Shown one piece after another: positions 1-10,773 of a DNA stretch of 64,000 nucleotides. The translations under genes were made by a program, and so were the position numbers. Where the stretch lies: contig JAQTMH010000001.1 in assembly GCA_028714495.1 (NCBI GenBank), positions 179,814 to 243,813 on the forward strand. Direction: 5' to 3'. How positions within the stretch are numbered: position 1 is the stretch's first letter; each line of letters opens with the position of its first letter. The notes under the pieces are model-generated. The model was not told where the DNA came from. It saw only the letters and a list, made by a program, of their open reading frames with translations, and made no database searches. The DNA comes from Patescibacteria group bacterium (lineage in GTDB: Bacteria > Patescibacteriota > Patescibacteriia > JAHIZJ01).

Positions 1-1165
1 CGATCACTATGGCCCTCCTCGACAAAGTTGATGACACCCAACTCGGCCTCGCACCCTGTGTCGGCCTCTTGGTCTTCCGTGATCAGGGCGGTATCATCAT
101 CGGTGCCCAGAAGCTTGTTCCCTCATCAGCCCAGCGTTGAGACCAAACAGCGCCTGTCAGCCTGCGCTTTTCAAAGGCTGACTTTTTTATAAAAAAACGG
201 GCTGGCTCGGAAATGAGCAGCCCGGTTGTGCGATTTTGAGAGACCTTCGTCTCTAGTACCATGGTCTTGGCCGCATCAGCGTGCCGCACCGCCCGCACTT
301 CACAACCTCGAGTACACCCTCACGGAAACGCATCTTGATTGTCGGATTGCGATACTGCGAACAGCTGCTACAAGCGCCAGAGATGTTGAAGGCCATTGGC
401 AGATCACTGAATGAAGGCAGGGGTGGCGGTGGCGGCGGAACAAACGCCATCGGATAGCCGATCTGCATCCACTAAAAGCCACCGTTTGGATGGTCTACTC
501 GGTATCCAATCCTATGACCGGTACCGCCTCGAGTCGTTGGCAAACTTCCGTTATGCGTTACCACTTGAAGGGCCATCAGTACCTCCTTTGGTTAGACCAG
601 GTTTCCGTAACCCGGGAAAGGCCGTCCCATGCGACGCAGATGCCGACAACGGGCATAGTGCAGCGCCCCACAAAAAGCATGAAAGACACGACTGCCACGA
701 AACTCACGTACACGCCGGCGCTTGCGATTGGCTTCCTGTATGACTGGCTCAATCTTGCTCGATCAGCGCTGTCAGCAAAGTCATAGGCGGCCCTGGCAAA
801 GGAAGCAGTTTCAAATCGGCTTGATCAATGGTAACACTGTATCCCTGCCGGTCATAGAGAATGTCCAATAGATCTCTCGGATACCACATTTCACACCTCG
901 CTATTGATATGGCCTGGCACGGCTTGTCTGTGAAAACATTGAACGAACATCTACCCTCTCGGCAGGCTACCGGACATTTTCCGGCAACGCCCAAAGTTAA
1001 ACATAATTATATATAACAAGTCAAGTCAATATTTTGTAGGCGAGGTTGGCCAATCTTATCAAAACTTATTTCGTAAGCGAGCATTAACGCTCGCCTTATC
1101 CAATTTTGATTGATTCATTGGCTTATTTGTATTATTATTTATAAGGAAACTGATAATAAACCCAG

Positions 1166-1810
1166 ATGTATAGAGAAGTTATCGATTACCAACCCAGGAA
1201 TTCCGAGGAACTTTTCAGAGATACTCTTAGTCGGGATGACAAAGACAGAAATTTTCGGACCCATTTTCCTCCCATTATAGAACCTGGCGCTCCGGTTACC
1301 ATGCTTCCGGATAATAACGATGGATCGTCAAACTGGCAATTCGAAGAATATATTCCTCGGGATGGTATTGTTGTTATAAAAGTACCGTCAGAACAAAATC
1401 CAAAAGCATACTATAAACGAGAGGAGTTGCCACTATTAGTTTTTTATTTATTAAATCCAAACGCGGCCCCTCCTGAACTATCCTTGCCCTTACAATATTA
1501 TCTGGAGGTATGGGATACGTATACGCCTGATCCCAGCAAAAGGGCATACGGAAAATACGGAGATGAAATGAGCGATGAAATATGGGCTGCGCTAACCGCT
1601 GATCCTGACTGTCGGGAACGCCAGGCAATGACCTTGTTTAACATAGAGGCAGGGAAGACGAAAGTGCGCCAGCTTACCCGGATGCTGGAAACGGATAACC
1701 AGGCGACACTGCCACAGGACAAGTGTCCTTTTGATTTAATCCGGCGAGATACCCTGTTCGGTAAATTAGCAAAGGAAGCTGAGGACCAAAGGACCTTAGT
1801 AGCAAACTGA
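1166..1810 (+). CDS. hypothetical protein
   Basis: 214-aa ORF in AT-rich context after an AT-rich leader; no recognisable motifs. Confidence 0.4.
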   Translation: MYREVIDYQPRNSEELFRDTLSRDDKDRNFRTHFPPIIEPGAPVTMLPDNNDGSSNWQFEEYIPRDGIVVIKVPSEQNPKAYYKREELPLLVFYLLNPNAAPPELSLPLQYYLEVWDTYTPDPSKRAYGKYGDEMSDEIWAALTADPDCRERQAMTLFNIEAGKTKVRQLTRMLETDNQATLPQDKCPFDLIRRDTLFGKLAKEAEDQRTLVAN

Positions 1811-1876
1811 CATTACCCTGGACAAAAGTCGAAAATTGCGCTATAATTAAGGAAGAAAAATAAACACAAAAACCAA

Positions 1877-4090
1877 ATGCTACTTAAGTCCAGCAATAAG
1901 CTTTTGATAGGCTTTCTTGCGCTATTGGGTATCACTCTGGCCCTAGGCGCCGGAGTTGAAGTACTGGCCAAGCCCGCCGGCTTAAAAACTCAAACTTTCA
2001 AACAATCATCTCTGGCTGACGTCAATAGTTCAGCTTTTTTGTTTGATTCAAACTATACTTCTCCCACTCTGACCACCGAAGAAAAAATGAACGTCCTCGG
2101 CTTCAAATGGCAGGGTGATAAAAACGCGCGCTTCTGGATTCAAACTTCGCGCGATGAAAACTGGTCAGACTGGCTAAGGGTGCCCCAAATGGAAGGCCTC
2201 GCCGGCAAAAGCGATGAATATAATTACTCTGATTTGATTTTTTTCCCGGATACGAAAAGTTTCCGCTATCGCTATGAATCAGCCGAGGAAATAACCGGTG
2301 TTGAGGCGATAACCCTTAACCCAAGTGCTGGCCGAAATGTCCTAGGTTTTCTGAGGGCGCTGATTCCCGGAGCCAAGGCTGAATTAACGGTCATACCCCG
2401 AACCGAATGGGGCGCTGATGAAACAATTTCCACCTGGGAACCGGAATACGCCGAGCCGGTAAAATTCATCATCCACCACACGGCCGGGTCTGATGGATCG
2501 GTTGAACCTGAAGGGAGCCTGAGAGCTATTCAATACTGGCACGCCGTGGTCATGGGCTGGGGCGATATCGGCTACAATTACATCATCGACGCCAGTGGGA
2601 AAGTCTATGAGGGACGAAAAGGCGGCGACGGCGCGATCGGCGCCCACGCCTATCGCAATAGTACCTGCAATGAGCAACGTTTCGGCGGCAGCGACACGGG
2701 GATTGATTTCAACCGCGGGACAATCGGCATCGCCGTCATGGGTAACTATGAAGACAACGCACTGCCGGAAAGTTTGCTCGAGCCGATTGCCAATCTCATT
2801 GCGGAGAAATCTAAAGTTTTTGGGATTGAGCCGAATGGCGCGAGCGATTTTCAAGATTTAATAAACCTCCCAAATATATCCAGCCACCAGGATGTTGACT
2901 GCACACTCTGCCCGGGGAAAAACCTCTACGCCAGCCTGCCTCAAATCCGCGAACTGGCCCAAAATCTGTACCAAGCCGGCGGTGGCGTTCAACCGATCGT
3001 TTCAGCCAGGCTGACCAACACAAGCATCAGTCAATTTGAGCTCAAGGCCGGCGCGACTACCACTCTCTGGGCTGACTTCGTAAATACCGGCAATACCACT
3101 TGGCATAGCTATGGCAGTCCGCCGGTTCTATCCACGGCCAGCCCTGCTTCGGTTCTAAAAGCCGATTCCTGGGTTTCCAGCGCCACTGTCGCCCGACTAA
3201 CCACACCCAATGTCGCGCCAGGTGAAACCGGCCGTTTCGAATTCACTGTCGCGGCTCCAAATGACCGGCTGGAGGCAAGCGAAGTTTTTTATCTGGCTTA
3301 TAACGACCTGCCTCTGGCCGAAAGCGGCTTTGAGATAAAAGTCCAGGTCACCGGCCTGGAGCGGGCGGCGAAATTGGTTTCAGCAGACGTGAAAAAGGCT
3401 TCGTTCCTTGGGGCCCGTCTTAAAACCGTTCTAAAATATGAAAACCTCGGCACTAAGACTTGGACCCCGGCCGACACCTTCTTAAATATCTACGACCTGG
3501 GCGATAAAATCAGCCGCTACCGCGATAAATCGTGGAATGATGATTCCGGTAAAATTGCCCTCAAAGAGGCTTCGGTGCCAGCTGGCGGAACCGGCACTTT
3601 TGAATTCTACGAAATCTCTCCGAATCAAACCGGCCTTTACCGGCAAATTTTCCGTCTCTTTAACGAGAACCGGGACATAATTAATTCTTCCGCGTCGCTC
3701 ATTTCCCGGGTTGATTCTCTGTTTCGAGCCGAGCTGGTTTCAACTGATTTGCCTCTGGCTGTCAAAGCCGGCTGGCAGCCGACAGTCACGCTGAAATTTA
3801 AAAATACCGGCGGGGCCACCTGGGATAAGAATCTACGGCTCCAGATCTTTGACCAGGGCTTGAAAACCAGCCCCTTCTACAGCTCCACCTGGTCAACAGC
3901 CTCGGGCAATATCCGCTTAAAAGAAACAAGCGTTAAGCCAGGTGAAATTGGAACTTTCATCTTTAAGCTAAAATCGCCAAAACAGGTTGGACTCTTTCGC
4001 CACGTCTTTCGTCTCAAAAGCCAGAGCTATCCTTATAGTATCGAGGGCGGTGAAGTTACCCGGCTGACTCGGGTTGATCGGGTAATTTAA
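1877..4090 (+). CDS. N-acetylmuramoyl-L-alanine amidase (Amidase_2/PGRP domain) with N-terminal signal/TM and four C-terminal ~100-aa repeats
   Basis: Signal-like N-terminus MLLKSSNKLLIGFLALLGITLALGAG; amidase_2 core EWGADETISTW...IIHHTAGSDG...YWHAVVMGWGDIGYNYIIDASGKVYEGRKGG; internally repeated modules (LKAGATTTLWADFVNTGNTTW..., LKYENLGTKTWTP..., LKFKNTGGATWDK...). Confidence 0.75.
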   Translation: MLLKSSNKLLIGFLALLGITLALGAGVEVLAKPAGLKTQTFKQSSLADVNSSAFLFDSNYTSPTLTTEEKMNVLGFKWQGDKNARFWIQTSRDENWSDWLRVPQMEGLAGKSDEYNYSDLIFFPDTKSFRYRYESAEEITGVEAITLNPSAGRNVLGFLRALIPGAKAELTVIPRTEWGADETISTWEPEYAEPVKFIIHHTAGSDGSVEPEGSLRAIQYWHAVVMGWGDIGYNYIIDASGKVYEGRKGGDGAIGAHAYRNSTCNEQRFGGSDTGIDFNRGTIGIAVMGNYEDNALPESLLEPIANLIAEKSKVFGIEPNGASDFQDLINLPNISSHQDVDCTLCPGKNLYASLPQIRELAQNLYQAGGGVQPIVSARLTNTSISQFELKAGATTTLWADFVNTGNTTWHSYGSPPVLSTASPASVLKADSWVSSATVARLTTPNVAPGETGRFEFTVAAPNDRLEASEVFYLAYNDLPLAESGFEIKVQVTGLERAAKLVSADVKKASFLGARLKTVLKYENLGTKTWTPADTFLNIYDLGDKISRYRDKSWNDDSGKIALKEASVPAGGTGTFEFYEISPNQTGLYRQIFRLFNENRDIINSSASLISRVDSLFRAELVSTDLPLAVKAGWQPTVTLKFKNTGGATWDKNLRLQIFDQGLKTSPFYSSTWSTASGNIRLKETSVKPGEIGTFIFKLKSPKQVGLFRHVFRLKSQSYPYSIEGGEVTRLTRVDRVI

Positions 4091-4117
4091 TCACTTGCCT
4101 AAATTATAATAAAAAAA

Positions 4118-4150
4118 GAGGACCTGGTTGGAAAAACCTGGGTCCTTTGA
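4118..4150 (+). terminator. putative intrinsic terminator after amidase gene
   Basis: aggacctgg...cctgggtcct stem followed by tttgattt. Confidence 0.4.
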
Positions 4151-4188
4151 TTTCTCGAAGCGGAAGCTGAATTTCAGGTCAGATCAGT

Positions 4189-4470
4189 CTAAACCTGGGT
4201 CCGCCGGGCCTTCCTGCCCCTCTTTCCATTCTGCCGGGGAATCCTGGTCCTTACTGGTACAGCTCCGTTGCGGCCAGACGGTTGGCCTCCACCACTAGCT
4301 CGACGGTTCTCTTCGCGGATTCGCTCGTAGATCTCCTCGCGATGAACTGCTACGTGAGGCGGCGCGTCAATGCCGAGCTTCACTTGCCCGCCCTTGATAT
4401 CCAAAATGGTGACCTTGATCTTGTCGCCGATCCGGATATTCTCCCCCAACTTCCGTGTAAGAATGAGCAT
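4189..4470 (-). CDS. csrA: carbon storage regulator CsrA homolog with long basic/Gly-rich C-terminal extension
   Basis: [51 protein letters not shown] matches CsrA core; track ORF begins 9 codons upstream (MSDEHEEES) but MLIL is the conserved start; sits in a G+C-richer patch. Confidence 0.7.
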   Translation of the reverse strand: MLILTRKLGENIRIGDKIKVTILDIKGGQVKLGIDAPPHVAVHREEIYERIREENRRASGGGQPSGRNGAVPVRTRIPRQNGKRGRKARRTQV

Positions 4471-4743
4471 ACTTTCCTCCTCGTGTTCATCTGACACCTC
4501 TGTCCCTGAGGCATCCGCCCGACAGTCTATGTCATGAGATAAACTACCCCTCTGGTCGAACGCGTCATGCGGTGAAATACCGCTAATCTATGGGAAAGCC
4601 ATATCGGCCTAATAGCTAGTGGATTATAACAAGCTAAAACCCCATGTCAAGCGACTTTTAAAGGCAAAAAATGCCTTTACTTTGAGTCAAAAATATGGTA
4701 ATCTTGAATACGTATAAATTTATATCCACATATCAATTTTTTT

Positions 4744-5379
4744 ATGTACCTATCCTGGCTCGGCCTCAATTGCTTCAAAATTCAGACTAAAGATAGCGTT
4801 ATTATTACCGACCCTTTTCAGGACCAAACCGGCCTAAAAATGCCCCGTCTTCAGGCTGAATTGGTGCTTGTCACAGAGCCGGAAAATTCTCAATTTAACA
4901 ATATCCAAAGGCTTTCAGGCGAACCTTTCATAATTACTGGGGCTGGCGAGTATGAAATCAAGCAAATCTTCATCCGAGGCCTGGCCGACCAATTAAACGG
5001 ACAGCCGCTGCAGCCTGGCTCTAAAACTCTGTACTTTTTTGAAATCGAAAAAATCGCCTTTGGCCATTTAGGCGCCATCGACCATCTTTTAACAGACGCT
5101 CAGCTGGAAATCTTTGAGGATGTAGACGTTTTATTGGTTCCGATTGGCGGCAACCCCTCGCTCACCGCTGAAAAGGCCGCTGAGGTCATCAGCCAGATTG
5201 AGCCGAGAATCGTCATCCCAATGTACTACAAAACGCCCGGCCTAAAAGTCAATCTTCAGCCTCTGCAAAAATTTCTCACGGTCATGGGCATAAAAACTCC
5301 GGAGGAGTCGTCCCGGCTGAAGCTTACCCGCAATGAACTGCCTCAGGACGAAACTCGAACAATTATTCTCAAACCCTAA
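4744..5379 (+). CDS. MBL-fold metal-dependent hydrolase (UPF0173-like)
   Basis: N-terminal MYLSWLGLNCFKIQTKDSVIITDPF and FGHLGAIDH pattern typical of beta-lactamase-fold hydrolases. Confidence 0.6.
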   Translation: MYLSWLGLNCFKIQTKDSVIITDPFQDQTGLKMPRLQAELVLVTEPENSQFNNIQRLSGEPFIITGAGEYEIKQIFIRGLADQLNGQPLQPGSKTLYFFEIEKIAFGHLGAIDHLLTDAQLEIFEDVDVLLVPIGGNPSLTAEKAAEVISQIEPRIVIPMYYKTPGLKVNLQPLQKFLTVMGIKTPEESSRLKLTRNELPQDETRTIILKP

Positions 5380-5384
5380 GCCAT

Positions 5385-5834
5385 ATGCCGACTGCTAAAA
5401 CGAAAAAAACCATCAAAAGATCGCAGGCGCTAAGAGTTCGGGTAGTTAAAGAAGATCGATTGACCCGGCCTGAAGCTAAGGCTAATCCCCCGACCCTGAT
5501 CCAAGCACAAACCCAGGTGAAAAAAGAAAATAAAATCGAAAAACCGGGGCGAGTCTTTAAGCAAAAACAATACGCCTGGATTGGCGCCACTGCCAGTTTT
5601 GTGATTATCATGGTTGCCTGGCTGACCCTGGGTCAATATTTGCCCGGTCGCCACAGGTCAAATGAGGCTGATCAATCTCTAAAATCGCTGGGTAATTTAT
5701 TTTCAAAAATCACCACTGATTTTGATCAACACGCTGAAGATATCCGTTCGCAGATTTTTGGCGTAAAGAATTCTGCCAACAGCGAAGAGATTGTAAACCT
5801 GGAACAGCGCGTCTTCCCCCAATTTAATAAATAA
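5385..5834 (+). CDS. hypothetical membrane-anchored protein
   Basis: Lys-rich N-terminus then one TM (WIGATASFVIIMVAWLTLG). Confidence 0.35.
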   Translation: MPTAKTKKTIKRSQALRVRVVKEDRLTRPEAKANPPTLIQAQTQVKKENKIEKPGRVFKQKQYAWIGATASFVIIMVAWLTLGQYLPGRHRSNEADQSLKSLGNLFSKITTDFDQHAEDIRSQIFGVKNSANSEEIVNLEQRVFPQFNK

Positions 5835-5861
5835 AATCCTAACGTCAGTTCAATAAATCTT

Positions 5862-8309
5862 ATGGCTGAATCAATCGGAAAAGTAGCGCCCCGCCAAATT
5901 ACCGAAGAAATGAAGGAGTCTTATCTTGACTACGCCATGTCGGTAATAGTCGCCCGAGCCTTGCCTGATGTCCGCGACGGCCTGAAACCGGTTCACCGCC
6001 GCATCCTTTACGCCATGTGGGGCATCGGTCTCAGGCCCGGTTCAAAATTCAGAAAATCCGCCACGGTTGTCGGCGAAGTCTTGGGTAAATACCATCCCCA
6101 CGGCGACACCGCGGTTTATGATTCAATGGTCAGGCTGGCTCAAACCTTTTCTCTCCGCTATCCGCTGGTAGAGGGCCAGGGCAATTTCGGTTCAATAGAC
6201 GGGGATAACGCCGCGGCCATGCGCTACACTGAATCTCGTCTGGCCAAGATCTCCGAGGAGATGCTTTTTAATATTGAGAAAAAGACGGTTAATTTTATTC
6301 CAAACTACGACGGCTCCCAGGAAGAGCCCCAAGTCATGCCCGCCAGATTGCCCAATCTCTTGCTCAATGGCACTATGGGCATCGCCGTGGGCATGGCTAC
6401 CAACATCCCGCCTCATAATCTGGGCGAGGTGGTCGACGCGATAATCTGCCTGATTGATAATCCGAGTGCCTCGATCGAAGACTTGATGGAATTTGTGAAA
6501 GGACCCGATTTCCCGACCGGCGCCCAGATTTTCGGACTGAGCGACATCAAACAAGCCTATGCCACCGGCAAAGGCAGTGTGGTGATACGGTCAAAGGCAG
6601 AAATCGTCGAAGATAAATCAGGCCGCTTCAATATCATTGTCACCGAAATCCCCTACCAGGTAAATAAATCTCAGCTTCTGGAACACATTGCCAATCTGGT
6701 CCAGGAAAAGAAAATCGACGGCATTAAAGACCTGCGCGACGAATCTGACCGAGACGGCATCCGAATCGTGATCGAACTGAAAAAAGAAGCCTATCCAAAA
6801 AAGACTCTTAACCGCCTTTTTGACCTGACCCAGCTCCAGGATACTTTTCACTCCAATATGCTGGCTTTGGTCGACGGGATCCAGCCAAGAGTCCTAACTC
6901 TGAAAATGATTCTCGAGGAATATCTGAAGCACCAGCAAGAGGTGACCCGGCGCTATTTGACTTTTGATCTGGAACGGGCCAAGGAACGCGCTCACGTGCT
7001 TGAGGGCCTGAAAATCGCCCTGAAACAACTTGACCCGGTCATCCGAACGATCAAAAAGTCGAAAGATCGCGAGGAAGCAAAAGTAAACCTGATGAAACGC
7101 TTTCGACTGAGCGAGATCCAGAGTTTAGCCATTCTGGAAATGAAGCTTTCCCAGCTCGCCAACCTTGAGCAGCAAAAAATCTTGGATGAACTCAAGGAAA
7201 AGCTCAAACTGATCGCCGAATTAAAGTCTCTTTTGGCCTCGCCAAAAAAGATGCTGGCAGTGATAAAAAAAGACTTGCTCGAAATGAAAGCCAAATTCAA
7301 TAATCCCCGGCGCACCCAGGTCTTCCCCAACCCCGTCGATAAATTCACCCAGGAAGATCTGATTCCCAATGTCTCGACAATTGTTATGACTACTCGCGAC
7401 GGGTATATCAAACGAGTCGAACCGACGGCTTTCAAGACCCAGGGTCGCGGCGGCAAAGGCGTAATCGGCCTAACTACCAAGGAAGAAGACATGGTGGAGC
7501 ATTTCTTCACCACCATGACTCACGCCGACCTTCTCTTTTTCACTACCAAGGGCCGCGTTTTCCAGATGAAAACCTACGACATTCCCCAGGCCAGCCGCAC
7601 GGCTAAAGGCCAGGCGATCGTCAACTTTTTACAGCTCCCCAGCGATGAAAAGATTTCTGTGGTCCTGCCGCTTTCCGAACTGGGCGAATACAAATATCTC
7701 ACCATGGTGACCCGCGGCGGGGTGATTAAGAAAGTTGATATCGAAGAATTTACAAAGGTTCGCCGCTCCGGCCTCATCGCCATCCATATCAAACCAGGCG
7801 ACACGCTTGAATGGGTCAAGCCGTCAATCGGCCAGGATGATCTGATTCTGGTCAGCCGCGAGGGCAAGGCCATTCATTTCCGGGAAAAAGACGTCCGGCC
7901 CATGGGCCGAAGCGCCGCCGGCGTCCGCGGCATCAGGCTGAAAAAGGGCGATGAGGTAAGCGGCATGGATGTAATTCCTCAGGGAAAGATTCAAATTCAC
8001 GAACAGCTTTTGGTCGTAATGGAGAACGGCTTTGGCAAAAGGACCAATTTAAAGAATTATCGGATCCAGGGACGCGGCGGCACAGGCATTAAAACAGCCC
8101 ATATTACCCCGAAAACCGGTAAGATTGTTTCAGCCTTTATCGTCAATGCCAAACTGGAAAAAGAAGATTTAATAATCATGTCTGGCAAGGGACAAGTCAT
8201 CCGACTGCCCTTGAAATCCATCTCGGTTCTTGGCCGGGCAACCCAGGGAGTGCGTTTGATGCGCTTCTCAGAAGCGAATGATAAGGTCGCGTCAGTTACC
8301 TTCATTTAA
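5862..8309 (+). CDS. gyrA: DNA gyrase subunit A
   Basis: Canonical GyrA N-terminus: [34 protein letters not shown]; C-terminal beta-pinwheel repeats. Confidence 0.95.
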   Translation: MAESIGKVAPRQITEEMKESYLDYAMSVIVARALPDVRDGLKPVHRRILYAMWGIGLRPGSKFRKSATVVGEVLGKYHPHGDTAVYDSMVRLAQTFSLRYPLVEGQGNFGSIDGDNAAAMRYTESRLAKISEEMLFNIEKKTVNFIPNYDGSQEEPQVMPARLPNLLLNGTMGIAVGMATNIPPHNLGEVVDAIICLIDNPSASIEDLMEFVKGPDFPTGAQIFGLSDIKQAYATGKGSVVIRSKAEIVEDKSGRFNIIVTEIPYQVNKSQLLEHIANLVQEKKIDGIKDLRDESDRDGIRIVIELKKEAYPKKTLNRLFDLTQLQDTFHSNMLALVDGIQPRVLTLKMILEEYLKHQQEVTRRYLTFDLERAKERAHVLEGLKIALKQLDPVIRTIKKSKDREEAKVNLMKRFRLSEIQSLAILEMKLSQLANLEQQKILDELKEKLKLIAELKSLLASPKKMLAVIKKDLLEMKAKFNNPRRTQVFPNPVDKFTQEDLIPNVSTIVMTTRDGYIKRVEPTAFKTQGRGGKGVIGLTTKEEDMVEHFFTTMTHADLLFFTTKGRVFQMKTYDIPQASRTAKGQAIVNFLQLPSDEKISVVLPLSELGEYKYLTMVTRGGVIKKVDIEEFTKVRRSGLIAIHIKPGDTLEWVKPSIGQDDLILVSREGKAIHFREKDVRPMGRSAAGVRGIRLKKGDEVSGMDVIPQGKIQIHEQLLVVMENGFGKRTNLKNYRIQGRGGTGIKTAHITPKTGKIVSAFIVNAKLEKEDLIIMSGKGQVIRLPLKSISVLGRATQGVRLMRFSEANDKVASVTFI

Positions 8310-8338
8310 CTCTTTTCTCCCCTTCAATATCAAAATCC

Positions 8339-8376
8339 GTAGGCGAGGATGATCATCCCCGCCTGCTGTTTTTTTG
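8339..8376 (+). terminator. putative intrinsic terminator after gyrA
   Basis: aggcgagg..ccccgcct hairpin followed by gctgttttttt. Confidence 0.45.
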
Positions 8377-8432
8377 TGAAATAAAAATGCCCCGAGGTTA
8401 TTCAACCGCGGGGCGAGCAAACTTGCTCCAAG

Positions 8433-8777
8433 CTAGTACGAACTCACGACGATGACTGTGCCGTCAAACCAGGGCTGCTTGGTGATGATGGCGAAGCAGC
8501 CGTTATTACCGACCATGAAACGAAACACTCCATCCTTTGTCACTGCGATCTCGGCGAGGAGGAGTTCGACACAGATGTACTGACCGGCCGGTGCCAACTC
8601 GAGAATCCCATTTACAAGAGACCTCGAAAAAGTCTGAACGCAGATCCTCGGCGACCCTGGAGGCGTCGGCATCACTAGCTTGTACTCATTGTATTTCTGT
8701 CTCCCAAAACCGTTCACGTAGTTGCCAAATGTGCTGCCTTCGCTGTCAACTGGTCTTCCGTGTTCATCCGTTTTCAT
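8433..8777 (-). CDS. hypothetical protein (G+C-rich patch)
   Basis: 114-aa ORF with strong RBS (ggaggaagtc before ATG); no recognisable family. Confidence 0.4.
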   Translation of the reverse strand: MKTDEHGRPVDSEGSTFGNYVNGFGRQKYNEYKLVMPTPPGSPRICVQTFSRSLVNGILELAPAGQYICVELLLAEIAVTKDGVFRFMVGNNGCFAIITKQPWFDGTVIVVSSY

Positions 8778-9303
8778 GACTTCCTCCCAAGAAATGAACG
8801 GCTAACCCCGGGTTTTTGCGCGGCGGTGCCTGTCCGCATTCCGGGTATTACCTGTTGGCACCGCTTTCTTTTTATCACATTGGGTTATTTTGTCAATACA
8901 AACTATATACGCAATCAAAGAAGTGATGTTTTCTTTATCCGCCTTTTTCGAAAAAATGTGACAAAAGCGCCGCCCCCAGACCTTCCTAGCCACTTTAGTG
9001 GCGTACCCGACTATCCCGCCATAGAGCGGGATCCCGCCTTCCTAAGATATTTTTATAATAAGGTGGCGGGAAATCGGTTTGAAGAAGAGCGGGCGGCGCT
9101 TTTCGTCAAGTTTCCGCACTCGAAGAAAATAAAAGCTCTCCTACCAAGTCGATAGCCATACAAGTCCGCAAATAACGCTGGCTTTTTATTATTTTGACTT
9201 GTTGGATAAAAGGTGATAATTTATTAGCTGCGTTCATTAACAGGAAAAGGGTCGGAAAACCCGAAGGTCAATAGACCGCCAGCCCAGGGAAGGAGGGGTA
9301 ATC

Positions 9304-9789
9304 ATGAGCCAGCGAGTCAGCGAATTGATTTGGAACGGAAACCTTCGTCTTCAGCGAGGCTTGGACTTCTGGATTGAGCGGATCGGTGCTATCCGGCGTC
9401 GGAATATTGGCCATTTCGTTCTTGGCGCCTTTATTTCCGGCGTTGTTTCGCTCGTGTTCTACTTCTTCATTTTGGTTATCCTGGCGCTCTTTCTTGGAAT
9501 CGACATCTTCACCAATTTCCTGCCCAGATACTCCTTCTATGGGCTGGTATTGGTCAACACAGTTGTGGCCGGTCTTTCACTGGCGGTAAATCTGGGGCAA
9601 TGCGGCTTGAACGTCACTGGACGGCAGACTTTCCTTACCGCGTTTGTTCTTTTGGCAGTTCTGTCAGTCATCATCGTACTGTCCGGCCTAATGGCCAACG
9701 TCGAGAATCTGGGACACCCAGCACTCTGGATTTTCCTGGTTGCCTTGGGCGGTTTGATTCCGGCTTGTTCAGTCAAGACCTTTCTGTAA
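9304..9789 (+). CDS. hypothetical integral membrane protein
   Basis: aggagg RBS; four predicted TM segments. Confidence 0.45.
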   Translation: MSQRVSELIWNGNLRLQRGLDFWIERIGAIRRRNIGHFVLGAFISGVVSLVFYFFILVILALFLGIDIFTNFLPRYSFYGLVLVNTVVAGLSLAVNLGQCGLNVTGRQTFLTAFVLLAVLSVIIVLSGLMANVENLGHPALWIFLVALGGLIPACSVKTFL

Positions 9790-9995
9790 TTGATACAAGC
9801 CGCGCTTAAAAAGCGCTTCAAACCTCTTCGGCATCAACCGCAAGGGGTTTTTTCTTTGCCCAAAACCGGTATTAATGACACTACTAAACAAACCATCTGG
9901 AGATATCCTTGACAAAATCACCCGGAAAGCATATATTTACACGGATCAAATCCGACCTTGCCAAATCGCTAAAAAAATAATATACTTTAACCACT

Positions 9996-10220
9996 ATGGG
10001 ACTTCCAGGGAAAAAATGTCCGAGATCGGGAAAACGTCATCGCCTGGCTTGGTTTAAACAGAAAGCTGGCGTCTTAAGTATTTGCCCGAAATGTAAAAAG
10101 CCGGTGCGGCCTCATCACGCCTGCGGTTTTTGCGGTTATTACCGGGGTCGTTCGATTCTGGCCATAAAAATTAAAAAAACTAAGCCCGGCCAGAAAAAAA
10201 AGGAAGATAAGAAAGACTAA
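9996..10220 (+). CDS. rpmF: 50S ribosomal protein L32 with Lys-rich tail
   Basis: KRHRLAW..ICPKCKKPVRPHHACGFCGYY zinc-ribbon pattern of L32; immediately upstream of nusB. Confidence 0.65.
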   Translation: MGLPGKKCPRSGKRHRLAWFKQKAGVLSICPKCKKPVRPHHACGFCGYYRGRSILAIKIKKTKPGQKKKEDKKD

Positions 10221-10238
10221 AATACAAGCTTATTTAAG

Positions 10239-10688
10239 ATGTCAAATCGCCATCTCGGTCGCACCCTGGCTATGCAAACCCTTTATGAGTGGGATTTCAA
10301 CGGCCAAAAACGTACTGATTTAACGGCTACCGCCAAGGCCAATGTCGAAAAATTCGCTCCGGGCTTTGACGATATTGATTTTACGCTCCAGATAATCAAC
10401 GGCATCTTGAAAAATCTCAAGCCGATTGACCAAATAATTACTAAATACGCCCCGGAGTGGCCGCTGGAACAAATCACTGTGGTTGACCGCAATATCCTGC
10501 GCCTTGGCGTCTATGAATTGAAATTCGCCCCGGATATCCCGCCCAAAGTCGCCATCAATGAAGCGATTGAGCTGGCCAAAACCTTCGGCGGAGAATCATC
10601 GGGTAAATTCGTCAATGGCGTTCTAGGCGCGATTTACAAAGATATGGGCGACGCGCCAAAAGAAGCCGCCGTACCATCTAAAAAATAA
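10239..10688 (+). CDS. nusB: transcription antitermination factor NusB
   Basis: [13 protein letters not shown]..., [28 protein letters not shown] typical NusB. Confidence 0.85.
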   Translation: MSNRHLGRTLAMQTLYEWDFNGQKRTDLTATAKANVEKFAPGFDDIDFTLQIINGILKNLKPIDQIITKYAPEWPLEQITVVDRNILRLGVYELKFAPDIPPKVAINEAIELAKTFGGESSGKFVNGVLGAIYKDMGDAPKEAAVPSKK

Positions 10689-10773
10689 CCCTTAACCTCA
10701 TCGGCGCAGGAAGCCCCGAGATCTTAAGACAAAGATATCGGGTTCCCTCTGCCGAGCGTCTCGAGGAAAAATT

